Shown one piece after another: positions 18,177 through 19,793 of a stretch of 19,793 nt of DNA. A model generated the notes under the pieces. The model was not told the DNA's origin and did not search any database. It was given only the letters and a program-made list of their open reading frames with translations. Where the stretch lies: NCBI GenBank assembly GCA_043754515.1, contig JAYUUO010000004.1:1-19793 (forward strand), given 5' to 3'. The first letter of the stretch is position 1. Each line of letters opens with the position of its first letter. The position numbers and the translations under genes were made by a program. This DNA is from Armatimonadota bacterium (GTDB lineage Bacteria; Armatimonadota; Armatimonadia; Armatimonadales; Armatimonadaceae).

Positions 18177-19187
18177 CTACTTCGGGGTATCCAACAGCGG
18201 GTCGAGCGGCACCGACCACCTCTGCGCGGGCTTCGGAGTCCCTGAGCGGCTTTTGATACCGGACGGACTGTATATGTCCACGATCAGGGTGCCGTTACGG
18301 ATAGCACCGACCCGCACGACGTCCCACCGCTTGACGACCCGGTCGCGCAGGGGGTCCACCACCGCGACCGACGGGATGCCGCTCGCGTGATCCACGAGAG
18401 AGACGATCAGGACGGGACGCCCGCTCGCGGCCCGTGTCTCGCGCACATTCTCGATCCGCATCGGGAACGCGGCGAGTTTGCGGGAGGTCCCGGTCAGCGT
18501 ATCGAAGTAGAACAGCGACTGCCCTCCGTGCGCGGTGCTCCCGTTCCGCGCGGGTTTACCAGTGCCTGGAGTGCCAAAGACGGGGGTATCGCCAATATTC
18601 CAGTACACCACGTCGGAACCGTCGTTTACCTCTTCCATGTCGTTCGTGTGCGGGATGACGGCGGGCGTCACGCCGTCCGCCTCGATTTTCAGTACGCCGT
18701 CGTTTATGTCATCCGGCAGTCGGTGCGGCTCCAGGAAAGCGGCCAGATGGTTGGCGGGGCGCGGGGCGAACTTCACCCCTCTGCCCGATCGCCCCGCCCC
18801 TGTCAATGCCCCGCTCCCGTCCGGCTTCCCGATCATCGAAATGTTCTCCACACGCGGATTGCCGTTTAGCCGGGTCAGCGAGAGCGTCAACCGTCCGGCG
18901 CGACCAGTGCCCTTCCACGTGCCGGTTTGTACGGTCGCCGGAGCACCGCCGACATTTGACGTCGTTAGCACGGCGCGGTTGTTCCCGAACAGGCAGAGCG
19001 TGCGGATGAACGCGCCGTGCGTACCCTTCGCCATTTGAACGTAATGGATCGGTTTGGGCGCGGCGGACACCTCGGGAATCGGGGACGGTTTTGGCGGCGC
19101 GACGGACGTTTGGGGCGCGGCGAGACCGGGCGCGGTGGATAAAACGAGCGCGGCGAGGAACAGCGCGGCGGGGCGATTTCGGCTCAT
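18177..19187 (-). CDS. secreted hypothetical protein
   Basis: Start placed at ATG 19187 (MSRNRPAALFLAALVLSTAPGLAA, signal-peptide-like, then a Pro-rich linker and beta-rich domains); 336 aa. Confidence 0.7.
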   Translation of the reverse strand: MSRNRPAALFLAALVLSTAPGLAAPQTSVAPPKPSPIPEVSAAPKPIHYVQMAKGTHGAFIRTLCLFGNNRAVLTTSNVGGAPATVQTGTWKGTGRAGRLTLSLTRLNGNPRVENISMIGKPDGSGALTGAGRSGRGVKFAPRPANHLAAFLEPHRLPDDINDGVLKIEADGVTPAVIPHTNDMEEVNDGSDVVYWNIGDTPVFGTPGTGKPARNGSTAHGGQSLFYFDTLTGTSRKLAAFPMRIENVRETRAASGRPVLIVSLVDHASGIPSVAVVDPLRDRVVKRWDVVRVGAIRNGTLIVDIYSPSGIKSRSGTPKPAQRWSVPLDPLLDTPK

Positions 19188-19562
19188 AGACTTGTTGTAT
19201 CCGCAAATGCCGCCGCGCTCCACCAAAGAGCCGCCGAGGAGAGAGGGAACGTCCCCGAATACTATCCCACCCGACCGAGAGACAAGATACTGGAGACGGG
19301 ACTGGTCCCGTTCTCTGATAAACATGCGCTGGCCCGAACCCGAACATGGGTAACAACCGGCCAATCCCGTCGAACACCGTCCAGCGGCTCCGGGCCATCG
19401 CGGCGGATGTCCTGAAGAGTGCGGCGGATTTCCCCGCCCCTAAATCTACGCGCGGCTAGTGCCAGACCTCCCGAGCAGAAAAAATAGTTTTTTGCCAGGC
19501 AGGAATGCGCGGGGGAGTCGCCGAGAGTTATTTCCGAGGATCAGCAACGGAGCGGCGCGGAA

Positions 19563-19793
19563 GTGACACCGGACGGAGTGGTAGCTGGGACGACGCGGCG
19601 CGACTTCCTGGAGTGGGCGGCCGCGACCGGCGTCGCGGTCGGGCTGATCGCCGCCGGTGAACCGGACACCCCGGCGCCGACGCGATTCCTCTCTGGACGA
19701 GCCAGACTCTGCTGAACGACGCGGGCGGGCTACGCGCCGCAGTCCCCGAATCGCGCTACCGCGAGTGGCTCTCCGAACTCAAGCGGTTGCCGA
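19563..19793 (+). pseudogene. Tat-signal protein with apparent frameshift (continues beyond window)
   Basis: GTG 19563: MTPDGVVAGTTRRDFLEWAAATGVAVGLIAAG; this frame stops at TGA 19713-19715, while the -1 frame reads GADAIPLWTSQTLLNDAGGLRAAVPESRYREWLSELKRLP to the edge; one extra C in CCCC 19669-19672 would join them. Confidence 0.6.

Overview
GC-rich bacterial chromosomal window mixing intact housekeeping and metabolic genes with decaying accessory genes. Intact genes: an archaeal-ATPase/DUF234-type ATPase-nuclease (212-1720), a small membrane protein, a glucose-1-dehydrogenase-like SDR, a TA antitoxin, an EamA/DMT transporter, a coupled arsR-like/phoU pair, a secreted SNase-fold plus GIDE-like membrane fusion, a TIGR01777 epimerase, dgoD, eno (with promoter and terminator), a GT-C-like membrane protein, a PfkB kinase and a secreted hypothetical protein. 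Reading through the stops shows five broken genes that the ORF track misses or splits: an FN3/Ig surface protein, a ParE/RelE-like toxin, XisI, a type I R-M HsdM fragment and a Tat-signal protein at the right edge. The best candidates for undescribed biology are (i) the apparently catalytically dead nuclease-GIDE membrane protein, (ii) the divergently transcribed ArsR-PhoU module without pst genes, with a 16-bp-period repeat in the shared intergenic region, and (iii) a perfect 13-bp inverted repeat over the leaderless promoter of the ATPase-nuclease. No rRNA, tRNA, CRISPR array or intact mobile element was seen. All family assignments come from motif recognition by eye, not database searches.
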